From positions 7,965-71,964 of the forward strand of contig CAZMIU010000002.1 in NCBI GenBank assembly GCA_964566795.1: DNA of 64,000 nt, written 5' to 3'. This DNA comes from an uncultured Candidatus Saccharibacteria bacterium. Lineage in GTDB: Bacteria; Patescibacteriota; Minisyncoccia; Phycocordibacterales; SBAW01. This document shows, piece by piece, positions 1 to 8,867 of the stretch; positions within the stretch are counted from its first letter, which is position 1; each line of letters opens with the position of its first letter. The notes under the pieces are model-generated. The model was not told the origin of the DNA. It searched no databases and was given only the letters and a program-made list of their open reading frames with translations. The position numbers were made by a program, and so were the translations under genes.

Positions 1-347
1 TAGCTACCGGCCACCACCAGTGTTTCTTTGTCCTGCGTGAGTTCCTCTAAAATGTCGGGGAATGATTTGACCGGTATGCCGGACTGGAGTGCGGCTTTAA
101 CCTCGTCGTTGCTCTCCGGTACCAGCTTGGCGTTTTTGCCTATGACTATAACGTCGGCGTCGCTTGGTATATTTTCTTTTTTGTAGCCGTGGGCAAACTC
201 GATATGCGCGTCTGCCAAGTAGTCGGAGACCGGCGGATAAAACCCCTCGTCGCTGCCCGAGATTTGGTAGCCCGCCTCGCGCAGGAGCAGTGCCACGGCG
301 CTCATGCCTTTGCCGGCGATACCTATAAAATGGGCTTTTTTGCTCAC
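1..347 (-). CDS. murC: Mur ligase N-terminal fragment (UDP-N-acetylmuramate--L-alanine ligase MurC/Mpl family), continuing beyond the window edge
   Basis: Reverse-strand translation from GTG at about 345-347 reads VSKKAHFIGIAGKGMSAVALLLREAGYQISGSDEGFYPP...IVIGKNAKL. This matches the Mur ligase N-terminal HFIGIxGxGMSxxA Rossmann motif. The gene is divergent from murI. It is absent from the ORF track because it has no ATG and is truncated. Confidence 0.5.
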   Translation of the reverse strand, partial: MSKKAHFIGIAGKGMSAVALLLREAGYQISGSDEGFYPPVSDYLADAHIEFAHGYKKENIPSDADVIVIGKNAKLVPESNDEVKAALQSGIPVKSFPDILEELTQDKETLVVAGS

Positions 348-365
348 ACTGCTATCATAACAGGC

Positions 366-1124
366 ATGGTTGGCGTTTTCGACTCGGGCTCGGGCGGGCT
401 CACGGTGCTCAGAGCCATACGCAATGAGCTGCCCAGCTGTGACGTGGTCTACTTTGGCGATATTGCGCACGCGCCGTACGGCTCGCGCAGCCAGGAGGAG
501 CTTGCGGGGTTTGTGGCGCAGGGGTTAGCGCTGCTGCGCGCCCGCGGGGCAGAGAGGATGGTGAGCGCGTGCAACACCGCCTCTGCCTCGCTCGCGCTCT
601 CTTTGTATGACGCGTTTGATATGGAGCCGGGCTCGATTATTGAGATGGTGGGACCCACGGTGTCCTACTTTAAGGAGTCAAAAAGGCGCATTGTGTTGTG
701 CGCCACGCCGGCCACGGTGCGCGCGGGCATATACCAGACAGCGTTTGCACTTGTGGGGCAAAGCATTACTGCAGTACCCATTGAGGGGCTTGCGGGCGCT
801 ATCGAGTTTGCAGAAGGGAAAGAAAGGCAACGCGAGGTGATTACAGAAGCGTTTAAAAATATAGAGTGGGCGCAGGTCGACACGCTTATTTTGGCGTGCA
901 CGCACTATCCATTGGCACTCGATGTGTTTAAAGAGTTGCTGCCCGCGCACGTGGAGATTTTTGACCCGGCTGTGGCCGTTGCAGCGAGGGCGATAAGGCA
1001 GTTTTGGCCGCAGGAGGTGCGCGACGGTAAGACTACATTCCTCATCAGCAAAGACTCTGTGCCATTTAGAGAGCTGGTGGCGAAATTATTTCCTGATACG
1101 CCCTACACTATAGAGGTGCTCTAG
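366..1124 (+). CDS. murI: glutamate racemase
   Basis: Internal Met of ORF 189..1124 gives MVGVFDSGSGGLTVL...CNTAS...ACTHYP. These are the two-Cys glutamate racemase motifs. The start at 366 avoids overlap with the divergent murC fragment. Confidence 0.8.
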   Translation: MVGVFDSGSGGLTVLRAIRNELPSCDVVYFGDIAHAPYGSRSQEELAGFVAQGLALLRARGAERMVSACNTASASLALSLYDAFDMEPGSIIEMVGPTVSYFKESKRRIVLCATPATVRAGIYQTAFALVGQSITAVPIEGLAGAIEFAEGKERQREVITEAFKNIEWAQVDTLILACTHYPLALDVFKELLPAHVEIFDPAVAVAARAIRQFWPQEVRDGKTTFLISKDSVPFRELVAKLFPDTPYTIEVL

Positions 1125-2398
1125 CGCGTGACGCGCTCTATTCTCATACCTACGGCGCTGAGGCGCTCGACTATATGCTCGTAGCCGCGCTCGATATGGT
1201 AGATGTTGCTTATCTCTGTCACTCCGCTCGCGATGGCACCGGCCACCAGGTAGGCGAGCCCAGCGCGTATGTCGGGGCTCTCTACACGCTTACCCACAAG
1301 CGTGCGCGGCCCGCGCACAAGCACGCGGTGCGGGTCCATGGTAACAATGTCGGCACCCATGACTCTGAGCACCTCTACAAATGCCAAGCGGTTGTCCCAG
1401 ATTGTCTCAAACACGCGAGACTCGCCCGGCACCTGGGTGAGGAGCGTTACCATGGGTGCCATGAGGTCGGTGGGGTAGCCCGGGTACTCGTGCGTTTTAA
1501 CGTACATGGGGCTAAGCGGGGAGGCGGCGCGCACGCGCAGATAATCTGTACCAGTCTCTATGTTGGCACCCGCCTGCTTAAGCAAATGTGTGAGTGCCTC
1601 GATGTGCTCGGGCACGCAGGCCTCGATGCGCAAATCTTCGGCCGCAAGCGCACCTAGTATCAAAAAGCTGCCAGCCTCGATGCGGTCGGGTATGACGGCC
1701 ACACTCTGCGGTGCGCGCAAAAGCTCACTCCCGCCCACAATGGTTATGGTGGTGGTGCCTGCGCCCTGTATATTGGCGCCCGAGGCGTTGAGCATGTCCG
1801 CGAGCCAGACAATCTCTGGCTCGAGTGCCGCGTTTTTAATGGTGGTGGTACCGTCGGCCAAGACTGCCGCAAGCATTGCGGCCTCTGTACCGGTTACCGA
1901 CTGGAGGCGAAAGAAGAGCTCAGCGCCGCGCAACCGCCCGCCCTGCACCTTAACCCCGTAACTGCCATTATTTTTGACTACCGTGGCGCCCATGGCGGCA
2001 AAGGTCTCCAAAAAGAGGTCGATGGGCCGCTCGCCGATAATGTCGCCGCCGGGGTGGCTGAATATCACCTCGCCAAAGCGCGCAAGCAGTGGGCCCGCGA
2101 GCACAATGGATGCCCTGAGGCTACTCATAAGGTTGGCGGGGATGCTCGAGTTCTTCATGGCGCTCGTGTCTATAGAGAGCGCGTGCTCTGTGTGCTCTGC
2201 CTTGGCGCCAAGCGCCTCTAGTATCTCGCACATGGCCTCTACATCTTTAATACCCGGCACGTTGGTGAGGGTCAGCGGTGTGCGGTATAAGACCGATGCT
2301 GCCATGGCTTTAAGGACGGCGTTTTTGGCACCCACTACCTGTATGGAGCCCTTGAGCGAGGGGGTTTTTTGGCCGGTAATCCTGAATATTTCTTGCAT
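1121..2398 (-). CDS. murA: UDP-N-acetylglucosamine 1-carboxyvinyltransferase
   Basis: 425 aa. Full-length EPSP-synthase-fold MurA similarity (KGSIQVVGAKNAVLKAMAAS...). Lies next to murB and murI. Confidence 0.9.
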   Translation of the reverse strand: MQEIFRITGQKTPSLKGSIQVVGAKNAVLKAMAASVLYRTPLTLTNVPGIKDVEAMCEILEALGAKAEHTEHALSIDTSAMKNSSIPANLMSSLRASIVLAGPLLARFGEVIFSHPGGDIIGERPIDLFLETFAAMGATVVKNNGSYGVKVQGGRLRGAELFFRLQSVTGTEAAMLAAVLADGTTTIKNAALEPEIVWLADMLNASGANIQGAGTTTITIVGGSELLRAPQSVAVIPDRIEAGSFLILGALAAEDLRIEACVPEHIEALTHLLKQAGANIETGTDYLRVRAASPLSPMYVKTHEYPGYPTDLMAPMVTLLTQVPGESRVFETIWDNRLAFVEVLRVMGADIVTMDPHRVLVRGPRTLVGKRVESPDIRAGLAYLVAGAIASGVTEISNIYHIERGYEHIVERLSAVGMRIERVTR

Positions 2399-2428
2399 GT
2401 AGGCGAAGTATAGCGCACTCTAGTATCA

Positions 2429-3346
2429 ATGCAGCTACAAGAAAATGTCTCTCTGGCGCCCCTTACTACCTTTGATATAGGGGGGCCGGCTTTGTACTTT
2501 GTACAGTCTGAGCGTGTAGAGGATATACAAGGAGCATATGCGTTTGCTAAAGAGAAAGCGCTCCCCGTGGTGGTGCTTGGCGGCGGGAGCAACGTGGTGG
2601 TGCCCGATGACGGACTTGATGCTGTAGTGATTAAGATTGCCAACAAGGGGATACGACAGGAGAGCACAACGCTCATTGTTGCCGCAGGTGAGACGCTTTT
2701 GGATGTTGTTAAGTTTGCTGCCTCAAAAGGTATGGGCGGGCTTGAGGGTTTGGCGGGTGTGCCAGGTACAGTGGGTGGGGCAGTGCGCGGCAATGCGGGA
2801 GCGTTTGGCGTGGAGATTAAAGATGTGCTGGTTTCTGCGACCGTGCTAGATGTGGCAACAGGCGAGACAAAAACTTTTGATGTTGTGGAGTGTGCGTTCC
2901 TGTACCGCACGAGCTACTTTAAAACACACGCAGGGTTTGTGGTGTTGGAGGCTACCTTTGCTTTGACGTCCACAGAGCCGCCTGCGAGCGAGGCCCGGAT
3001 TATGCACACGCTCGCCGAACGCCACAAGCGCCATATACAGGACATTAAATCTGCAGGCTCGTTTTTTAAAAACCCTGTGGTCTCGCCTGAGCTACAGCAG
3101 CTGTTTAAAGAAGAGAAGGGTGCAGAGTCCAAAGAGGGCAGGGTGCCCGCGGGCTGGCTTATGGACCGCGCGGGGCTGCGCGGAGCGCGCGTTGGTGATG
3201 CTGTAGCGAGCGAGCACCACACCAACTACTTTTTAAATGCCGGCAAGGCAACCGCGGCAGAGGTTAAAGAGTTGGCAGCCAAAGCCCGCGCCGCAGTTAA
3301 AAAAGAGTTTGGTGTAGAGCTTGAGGAAGAGGCCGTGGTGCTATAG
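2429..3346 (+). CDS. murB: UDP-N-acetylenolpyruvoylglucosamine reductase
   Basis: 305 aa. FAD-binding MurB N-terminus (TTFDIGGPA...VVLGGGSNVVV) and C-terminal MurB domain. Confidence 0.85.
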   Translation: MQLQENVSLAPLTTFDIGGPALYFVQSERVEDIQGAYAFAKEKALPVVVLGGGSNVVVPDDGLDAVVIKIANKGIRQESTTLIVAAGETLLDVVKFAASKGMGGLEGLAGVPGTVGGAVRGNAGAFGVEIKDVLVSATVLDVATGETKTFDVVECAFLYRTSYFKTHAGFVVLEATFALTSTEPPASEARIMHTLAERHKRHIQDIKSAGSFFKNPVVSPELQQLFKEEKGAESKEGRVPAGWLMDRAGLRGARVGDAVASEHHTNYFLNAGKATAAEVKELAAKARAAVKKEFGVELEEEAVVL

Positions 3347-3396
3347 ATAAAAAACTCCCCGCCGATTAGGCGGGGAGCGAGCCAAGTGCGAGTGGC

Positions 3397-4263
3397 TCAA
3401 GTATGCCGAACGACTGCGGCGAGGTAACGGCGTTTGTTGTCACCGTTGCGCGTATGCGGTAACTCGTCGCCAAGGAACGCATGTTCGAGACTGATATTTT
3501 CCTCAGGGACGCCTAAGCGCATGAACTGGGCCTTGATGATCGTGGGCACGTTGATGTAGATGCCCCTGTTCTTCTCGACCCAGCCACATGCGTCGCCGTA
3601 CTCCTCGGGTAGTATCTCTGCCGCAGGGATGTTGTATTTGAGGTGCTCAGGGTCCTCGTCCTTAATCTTGTGCAGGAAGTCCTGCGGTTTGATCGAGTAG
3701 AAGACGCCGACCTGTATCCGCTTGCGGAAGTAGTCAGACGAAGAAAGTGAGCTCACGATACTGTCGACGACACTCTCGTGATGACGGCCTTCTTCGCGGT
3801 TTTTGGTAACAATGCGCTTGCGGTCGATGACACAATCGCGGCCTGCGTGGGCCACGACCATCTCATTGCCCATGGTTGCAACAATCATGCTGCAGCCACC
3901 GGCACTAAACACAACGGCACTCCCGGGATCTGAGATGGGTACACCATCTGCAGGGACGTCCCGGTTGCGATGCAACGTGACACCGCGACTAAGCAGGATC
4001 TGCTCGGTGAGCATATCCCTCGTTACAATCCTCCCGTTGAACTTGGTGGGATTGGGCGCATATGCGTCTTTGGCGCCAAGATATTCCATGGCTGCGCCGA
4101 CGCGGTAGGCCAAGTCTTGAGCCTTGTGTTGGTCGCCTGCCACCTGAAGAGGTGCAAGCGACCAGGTGGTGCCCTCAAAGCAGGCGACGGTGTATGAGCA
4201 CCCGCGTGTGCGTATGGTGGTCTGTGCCGCCGGACGAACACGCTCCAGTGTCCCACTGTTCAT
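3397..4263 (-). CDS. hypothetical protein, weakly YfiH/PgeF-like (DUF152 Cys-His-His purine nucleoside phosphorylase / peptidoglycan editing factor family)
   Basis: Segment AVVFSAGGCSMIVATMGNEMVVAHAGRDC aligns by eye to E. coli YfiH AVMTADCLPVLF...AAAHAGWRG, and an upstream LHRNRDV aligns to QVHGKDV. The protein is longer than canonical YfiH. Confidence 0.35.
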   Translation of the reverse strand: MNSGTLERVRPAAQTTIRTRGCSYTVACFEGTTWSLAPLQVAGDQHKAQDLAYRVGAAMEYLGAKDAYAPNPTKFNGRIVTRDMLTEQILLSRGVTLHRNRDVPADGVPISDPGSAVVFSAGGCSMIVATMGNEMVVAHAGRDCVIDRKRIVTKNREEGRHHESVVDSIVSSLSSSDYFRKRIQVGVFYSIKPQDFLHKIKDEDPEHLKYNIPAAEILPEEYGDACGWVEKNRGIYINVPTIIKAQFMRLGVPEENISLEHAFLGDELPHTRNGDNKRRYLAAVVRHT

Positions 4264-4346
4264 GGGTAGTCCTCCTTGTTAGGTGAAGATCTGGGTTCCA
4301 AAAAATACTACCACATTTTTGGTAAATATGCTAGTGTAAGCCTCAT

Positions 4347-5000
4347 ATGGCAGCCAGATTATCGGTAGTCGCAACCCCTATAGGCAACCTCGAGGATATC
4401 TCCGCTCGCGCGTTGCGCATATTGCGCGAGGCCGATGTTATTGCCTGCGAGGATACGCGCGAGACGCGCAAACTCCTGGCGCATTTTGATATACACACAC
4501 CAACGAGCACGTTTATGCATGTACCCAAACTCATCGAGCAGGGCAAACATGTGGCGCTGGTGAGCGACGCGGGTACGCCCGGCGTGTCAGACCCGGGGCT
4601 TGAGCTGGTCTCTGTTGTGCGCGAGAAGTTCCCCGACACAAAGATTGAGGCAATTGCCGGGGCGTCATCGCTTACTGCGGCGCTGTCTGTTGCGGGTCTG
4701 CGTGTCCCGTCGTTTACCTTCTATGGATTTTTGCCGCAGAAGAAGGGGAGGGAGACCTTGTTTAAGGAGATTGGCTCCTGCGCACGCGCGAGCATATTTC
4801 TGGAGTCGCCGCACCGGATCACAAAAGCGCTCCAGTCGCTATACGCGGTGGTGCCAAAGCGCCGCGTGGGTCTGTACCGCGAGCTCACCAAACTGTATGA
4901 AGAGCACCTTATTGGCACGCCCCTTGAGCTGCTCGGTAAAATGGCAGAGGATCCCAACCATGGCAGAGGGGAATTTGTTGTAATCGTCGAGGCAGAGTAA
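4347..5000 (+). CDS. rsmI: 16S rRNA (cytidine1402-2'-O)-methyltransferase, tetrapyrrole-methylase fold
   Basis: LSVVATPIGNLEDIS.RAL..L...DVIACEDTR N-terminus and GEFVVIV C-terminus typical of RsmI. 217 aa, short but with intact motifs. Confidence 0.75.
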   Translation: MAARLSVVATPIGNLEDISARALRILREADVIACEDTRETRKLLAHFDIHTPTSTFMHVPKLIEQGKHVALVSDAGTPGVSDPGLELVSVVREKFPDTKIEAIAGASSLTAALSVAGLRVPSFTFYGFLPQKKGRETLFKEIGSCARASIFLESPHRITKALQSLYAVVPKRRVGLYRELTKLYEEHLIGTPLELLGKMAEDPNHGRGEFVVIVEAE

Positions 5001-5009
5001 GATTAGGGC

Positions 5010-5246
5010 ATGTCCAAAGAGATGACGGTGATTGTGCTCGGCCTTCTGGTGGCAGTCACGCCGTTTCTTGGTATTCCCGGCTCCTGGAAGACGGCCGTCT
5101 TTGTGCTCGCGGGCCTTGGCATGGCAATTGTGGGGTTTTTGCTGCGCGGCGAGGCGCTTGCGCGCGGGAACACACATAACCACTTTGTAGAAAACTCCGG
5201 CCCCGCAGCACCTCACCGTGACCATGGCATCGGATCGCTCAACTAA
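5010..5246 (+). CDS. small two-helix membrane protein, hypothetical
   Basis: 78 aa. Two hydrophobic stretches (IVLGLLVAVTPFLGI, VFVLAGLGMAIVGFLL). No known motif. Confidence 0.35.
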   Translation: MSKEMTVIVLGLLVAVTPFLGIPGSWKTAVFVLAGLGMAIVGFLLRGEALARGNTHNHFVENSGPAAPHRDHGIGSLN

Positions 5247-6372
5247 ACCTCAAGGCGGCGCAGGCCGCCTAGGGCTTCGCATACTCGTGTGCCTTGCGGC
5301 GCTTGTGGTGGTACTTGTGGCGTCATACTTTTTGCTCCCGACCGTGACCTCTGTCTCATATGGAGTAGACACCGGCACCTCTACACTTAAAAACTTGCTG
5401 CCCGATATACTGACGCCAGAGGCGGCGGCGCCAACCCTCGATGTAGAGGACTACCGCCTGCGCCTGCTTGCTCTGGCCCAGGTCGCTACCTCGTCTCCCT
5501 GGTACGATGCGATACTAACTGGCACGCCAGCCTCGACCACAATAAAGCGCCCGCTGTGGCCGGCACAGACCGTTGAGCCGCTGCCGGGCGCGATACTGCC
5601 GTTTAAGCGGATTGTGGCCTACTACGGCAACTTTTACTCCAAGCAGATGGGCATCTTGGGCGAGCACGACAAGGACACGGTGCTCAACATGCTACGCGCC
5701 GAGGTCAAAGCCTGGGAGGAAGCCGACCCCACAACTCCAGTGATGCCGGCTATTGAGTATATAGATGTAACCGCGCAGGGCTCTGCGGGCAAAGACGGCA
5801 AGTACCGCCTGCGCATGCCCGACAGCCAGGTTGACCGCGCACTTGAGTATGCGCGCGAGGTCAATGGCATTGTGATACTCGACATACAGGTGGGGCTTAG
5901 CTCCGTGCAGGAGGAGGTGCCTCTCTTGGACAAGTACTGGGCAATGCCCCAGGTGCACCTGGCTATAGACCCGGAGTTTGATATGGAGGGGAGCGATGCG
6001 CCGGGCGATGTTATAGGCACTACAGACGCGGCGACGGTCAACTGGGCTATCGAGTATCTGTCCAAGTTCGTGCGCGAGCACAACCTGCCGCCCAAGATTC
6101 TTTTGCTCCACCGCTTTACGCAAAACATGCTCACTGACACGCACCTGATAAAGCCCACGCCAGAGGTGCAGGTAGTGCTGCAGATGGACGGATGGGGTAG
6201 CCCCGCACGCAAGAAGAACACCTACTACCATACTGTGGCGCCCGAGCCGATACAGTTTACGGGGGTAAAGCTGTTCTACAAGAACGACCTTAAGGAGGAG
6301 CCGCCGCGCTTGCTCACCAAGCAGGAAGTCTTGGACCTCAAGCCCACGCCGATATTCATCCAGTATCAGTAA
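5218..6372 (+). CDS. N-terminally membrane-anchored exported hypothetical protein
   Basis: 384 aa. A single TM (LRILVCLAALVVVLVASYFLL) is followed by a large soluble domain (IVAYYGNFYS..., ILDIQVGLSS...). No confident family assignment. Confidence 0.45.
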   Translation: MTMASDRSTKPQGGAGRLGLRILVCLAALVVVLVASYFLLPTVTSVSYGVDTGTSTLKNLLPDILTPEAAAPTLDVEDYRLRLLALAQVATSSPWYDAILTGTPASTTIKRPLWPAQTVEPLPGAILPFKRIVAYYGNFYSKQMGILGEHDKDTVLNMLRAEVKAWEEADPTTPVMPAIEYIDVTAQGSAGKDGKYRLRMPDSQVDRALEYAREVNGIVILDIQVGLSSVQEEVPLLDKYWAMPQVHLAIDPEFDMEGSDAPGDVIGTTDAATVNWAIEYLSKFVREHNLPPKILLLHRFTQNMLTDTHLIKPTPEVQVVLQMDGWGSPARKKNTYYHTVAPEPIQFTGVKLFYKNDLKEEPPRLLTKQEVLDLKPTPIFIQYQ

Positions 6373-6858
6373 CTAGAGCGACTGCTTGAGAATCTCCAGT
6401 GAGACCCAGTGCCCGCCAAAGATGACAAGGTCGAGTGCTAGCGTGAGCAGCCCAAGAACCAAAAGGTTACACAGCGCCTTGAGCACATGGTTGAGCGAGA
6501 GGCGCCAGAGTGCGCGCTCGAGTATGCGGGTACCCCATATACCAACCCCAAGCGTAAGCGCGCCTGCAATCGCCAAGAGCGCGTAGGCATGTGACTGTAT
6601 GAGCGTGGCCACGACGGGGAAGGCGAGCATAACCGGTTTTAGGGCAAGCACTGTTATAAACGAGGCGTTGTTGGGATTAAGCGGCACAAACATCCCGAGC
6701 AGGTTGAACCACCATGCACTGTCGGGTGCTACCACGGCGGTGCATAGGGTGAGGCAGTCGAGTGTCCAGCCAAAGCCCATGAGAGAGAGCGTCCAATATA
6801 CGGTGCTGAGGATGAGCCACCATACGCCGAGCCTGAGCCCCAAAGATGATTCCTTCAT
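6373..6858 (-). CDS. polytopic integral membrane protein, hypothetical
   Basis: 161 aa, 4-5 predicted TM helices. Divergent from the ATPase gene at 6921. Confidence 0.45.
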   Translation of the reverse strand: MKESSLGLRLGVWWLILSTVYWTLSLMGFGWTLDCLTLCTAVVAPDSAWWFNLLGMFVPLNPNNASFITVLALKPVMLAFPVVATLIQSHAYALLAIAGALTLGVGIWGTRILERALWRLSLNHVLKALCNLLVLGLLTLALDLVIFGGHWVSLEILKQSL

Positions 6859-6870
6859 GGCAGCTAGTAT

Positions 6871-6912
6871 AGACGCTATATATAGAGTGTCTATATAGAC
6901 CAGAGTGTATAA
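6871..6912. promoter_or_regulatory. divergent promoter region with inverted repeat TATAGAC-N15-GTCTATA and a TATAAT box about 9 nt upstream of the 6921 start
   Basis: Sequence tagtatagacgctatatatagagtgtctatatagacc ... gtgtataattactgtaATG. This is a candidate operator plus a -10 element for a near-leaderless transcript. Confidence 0.3.
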
Positions 6913-6920
6913 TTACTGTA

Positions 6921-8777
6921 ATGGTTGAGGATCCAAACAAGATAACCTACTTTGCCAACACCAACTCGCGCGGCAAAGCGACCTCCTTTGGTATTAAGCG
7001 CAAGGATAGGGCGCGGCACATGTACATCATAGGCAAGACCGGCATGGGCAAGTCGACCATGCTTGAGAACATGGCCATACAGGACATCCGCAATGGCGAG
7101 GGCATGGCGTTTATAGACCCGCACGGCTCCACGGCCGAGCGCATTTTGGAGTATGTGCCGGCACACCGCGTGCACGATGTGGTGTACTTTGCGCCGTTTG
7201 ATATGGACTATCCTGTGGCATTTAACGTGATGGAGGATGTGGGTTACGACAAGCGCCACCTGGTGGTATCGGGGCTTTTGAGCGCATTTAGAAAGATCTG
7301 GGTGGATGCGTGGAGCGCCCGCATGGAGTACATCCTCTCCAACACCCTGCTTGCGCTCCTGGAGTACGAGGGTGCAACGCTTTTGGATGTTAACCGCATG
7401 CTTATCAACAAGCACTTTAGGAAAAAGGTGGTCGACAACGTGCAGGACCCTATCGTGAAGAGCTTTTGGGTAGACGAGTTTGCCAACTACACCGACCGCT
7501 ACACCCAGGACGCCACGCCGGCAATACAAAACAAGATAGGCCAGTTTACCTCCAACCCGCTTATTAGAAATATTGTGGGGCAGCCCAAGAGCTCGTTTGA
7601 TATCCGCGAGCTCATGGATCGTAAGAAGATCCTCATCATCAACCTCTCCAAAGGCAGGGTAGGCGAGGTCAACGCGACTCTGCTTGGCTCCATGCTTGTG
7701 ACCAAGATCTACTTGGCTGCGATGAGTCGCGCCGATGTGTCGGCCGAGACCATGAAGGCGCTCCCGTCGTTTTACTTTTACGTAGACGAGTTCCAGAACT
7801 TTGCCAATGAGTCGTTCTCGGACATTTTGTCTGAAGCGCGCAAGTACAAACTCAACCTTATCATCGCGCACCAATACGTGGAACAAATGGAGGAGGAGGT
7901 GCGCGACGCTGTGTTTGGCAACGTGGGCACCACGGTGGCGTTTAGGGTCGGGCCGTTTGATGCCGAGACACTGGAGACTGTGTTTAGCCCGCAGTTTACT
8001 GCCACCGATCTGGTTAACTTAGGCTTCGCCCAGATTTACTTGACGCTCATGATAGACGGCGTGGGTAGCCCGCCGTTTAGTGCCACGACCATGCCGCCGT
8101 TTGATAGCTCGCCGGAGGACAATACGTCAAAAGTGCTCGGGGCATCCCGCGCGCAGTTTGCCAAGCCCCGCGCCGAGATAGAGAAGATGATAGATGAATG
8201 GCAGAGGAGCGACCCGCCTGCGGAATTGTCCAAACCCGCAAACGAGTACAACCCCGATGGCTCGCGCCGCCCCAAGCCCAAGTATGGCGACACCTCCAAG
8301 GCTCGTCCTGCTGCCGCGCCTGCCACAGCGCGCCCCGTGCAACAGGTAGCGCCGGCAATAGTTGTGCCAGTGCCCGTGGCTGCGCCGCCTGCGGTAGTAC
8401 AGGCCATTAAGGTAGAGGTGCCAGAGCAGCCGGCACCGCAGGTGCATGTGCATAATCACACGCACGTGAAGCCTGTCCGCGAGCGGCGCCCACCCGCACC
8501 TAAGGTACATGTAGAAAATAAAATTACTGCGCCAGAGCGGCCCGAGCGCCCACACCTCGAGGGTTCAAGTAGTCTGCGCGACGCACTCGCCGCGCTGACC
8601 AAGCAAAAAGACGAGGCGCCCAAAGCACCCGGGCCTAAAGTCGAGCCGCACGCACACTCGACTGTGCAGCATGCGCCTGATTTAAAAGACACTCTCCAAA
8701 AAGTCTCTCACAAAGGCCCCAAACCCGTATCTCTCCCCAAAGAAAAGCTGGAAGAGATGCTCAAAGTAGAGGAGTAG
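6921..8777 (+). CDS. type IV secretion system coupling-protein-like P-loop ATPase (TraD/VirD4/TrwB-like DNA-binding domain protein) with a disordered C-terminal tail
   Basis: Walker A IIGKTGMGKST, a Walker B-like region (ILIINLSKG, FYFYVDEFQNF), and conserved IAHQY. The C-terminal roughly 200 aa are Pro/Ala/Val/Glu-rich low complexity with HVHNHTHV and repeated PAP/KP motifs. Confidence 0.65.
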   Translation: MVEDPNKITYFANTNSRGKATSFGIKRKDRARHMYIIGKTGMGKSTMLENMAIQDIRNGEGMAFIDPHGSTAERILEYVPAHRVHDVVYFAPFDMDYPVAFNVMEDVGYDKRHLVVSGLLSAFRKIWVDAWSARMEYILSNTLLALLEYEGATLLDVNRMLINKHFRKKVVDNVQDPIVKSFWVDEFANYTDRYTQDATPAIQNKIGQFTSNPLIRNIVGQPKSSFDIRELMDRKKILIINLSKGRVGEVNATLLGSMLVTKIYLAAMSRADVSAETMKALPSFYFYVDEFQNFANESFSDILSEARKYKLNLIIAHQYVEQMEEEVRDAVFGNVGTTVAFRVGPFDAETLETVFSPQFTATDLVNLGFAQIYLTLMIDGVGSPPFSATTMPPFDSSPEDNTSKVLGASRAQFAKPRAEIEKMIDEWQRSDPPAELSKPANEYNPDGSRRPKPKYGDTSKARPAAAPATARPVQQVAPAIVVPVPVAAPPAVVQAIKVEVPEQPAPQVHVHNHTHVKPVRERRPPAPKVHVENKITAPERPERPHLEGSSSLRDALAALTKQKDEAPKAPGPKVEPHAHSTVQHAPDLKDTLQKVSHKGPKPVSLPKEKLEEMLKVEE

Positions 8778-8806
8778 GTTAGAAAGGCTAGAGAGTAGTT
8801 ACACCA

Positions 8807-8850
8807 AAATATTAGACCACAAAAATTGGAAAATATCGGTGCTTAGCACC
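8807..8850. repeat. 44-bp repeat copy A (aaatattagaccacaaaaattggaaaatatcggtgcttagcacc), containing the perfect 13-bp palindrome GGTGCTtAGCACC
   Basis: Exact identity to the copy at 9482-9525. Lies immediately upstream of the RAYT gene. Confidence 0.7.
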
Positions 8851-8867
8851 CATTATTCGCCAAAAAT

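Noticed and set aside
2637-3225. Small internal and antisense ORFs within murB (2637-2849 +, 2846-3034 -, 2914-3225 -)
   Set aside because: They lie entirely inside a confidently assigned gene with biased amino-acid composition. These are shadow ORFs.
4280-4330. A-tract/T-tract inverted repeat (ccaaaaaatactaccacatttttgg) between the divergent 3397-4263 and rsmI genes
   Set aside because: Possibly an operator or bidirectional promoter element, but it is low-complexity A/T symmetry that arises easily by chance.
6891-7886. Long antisense ORFs overlapping well-supported genes, e.g. 6891-7886 (-), 20489-21094 (-), 40179-40832 (-), 35594-36535 (-), 60148-61929 (-) inside secA
   Set aside because: At 60% GC, stop-poor antisense frames are expected. 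Their translations are low-complexity (Arg/Ala/His-rich) with no motifs. The sense-strand genes have clear family signatures.
8280-8777. Repetitive-looking DNA (gcgccgcctgcg..., ccagtgcccgtggct...) that might suggest a tandem repeat or CRISPR-like array
   Set aside because: It is in-frame coding sequence for the Pro/Ala/Val-rich disordered tail of the ATPase. It has no regular repeat-spacer periodicity.
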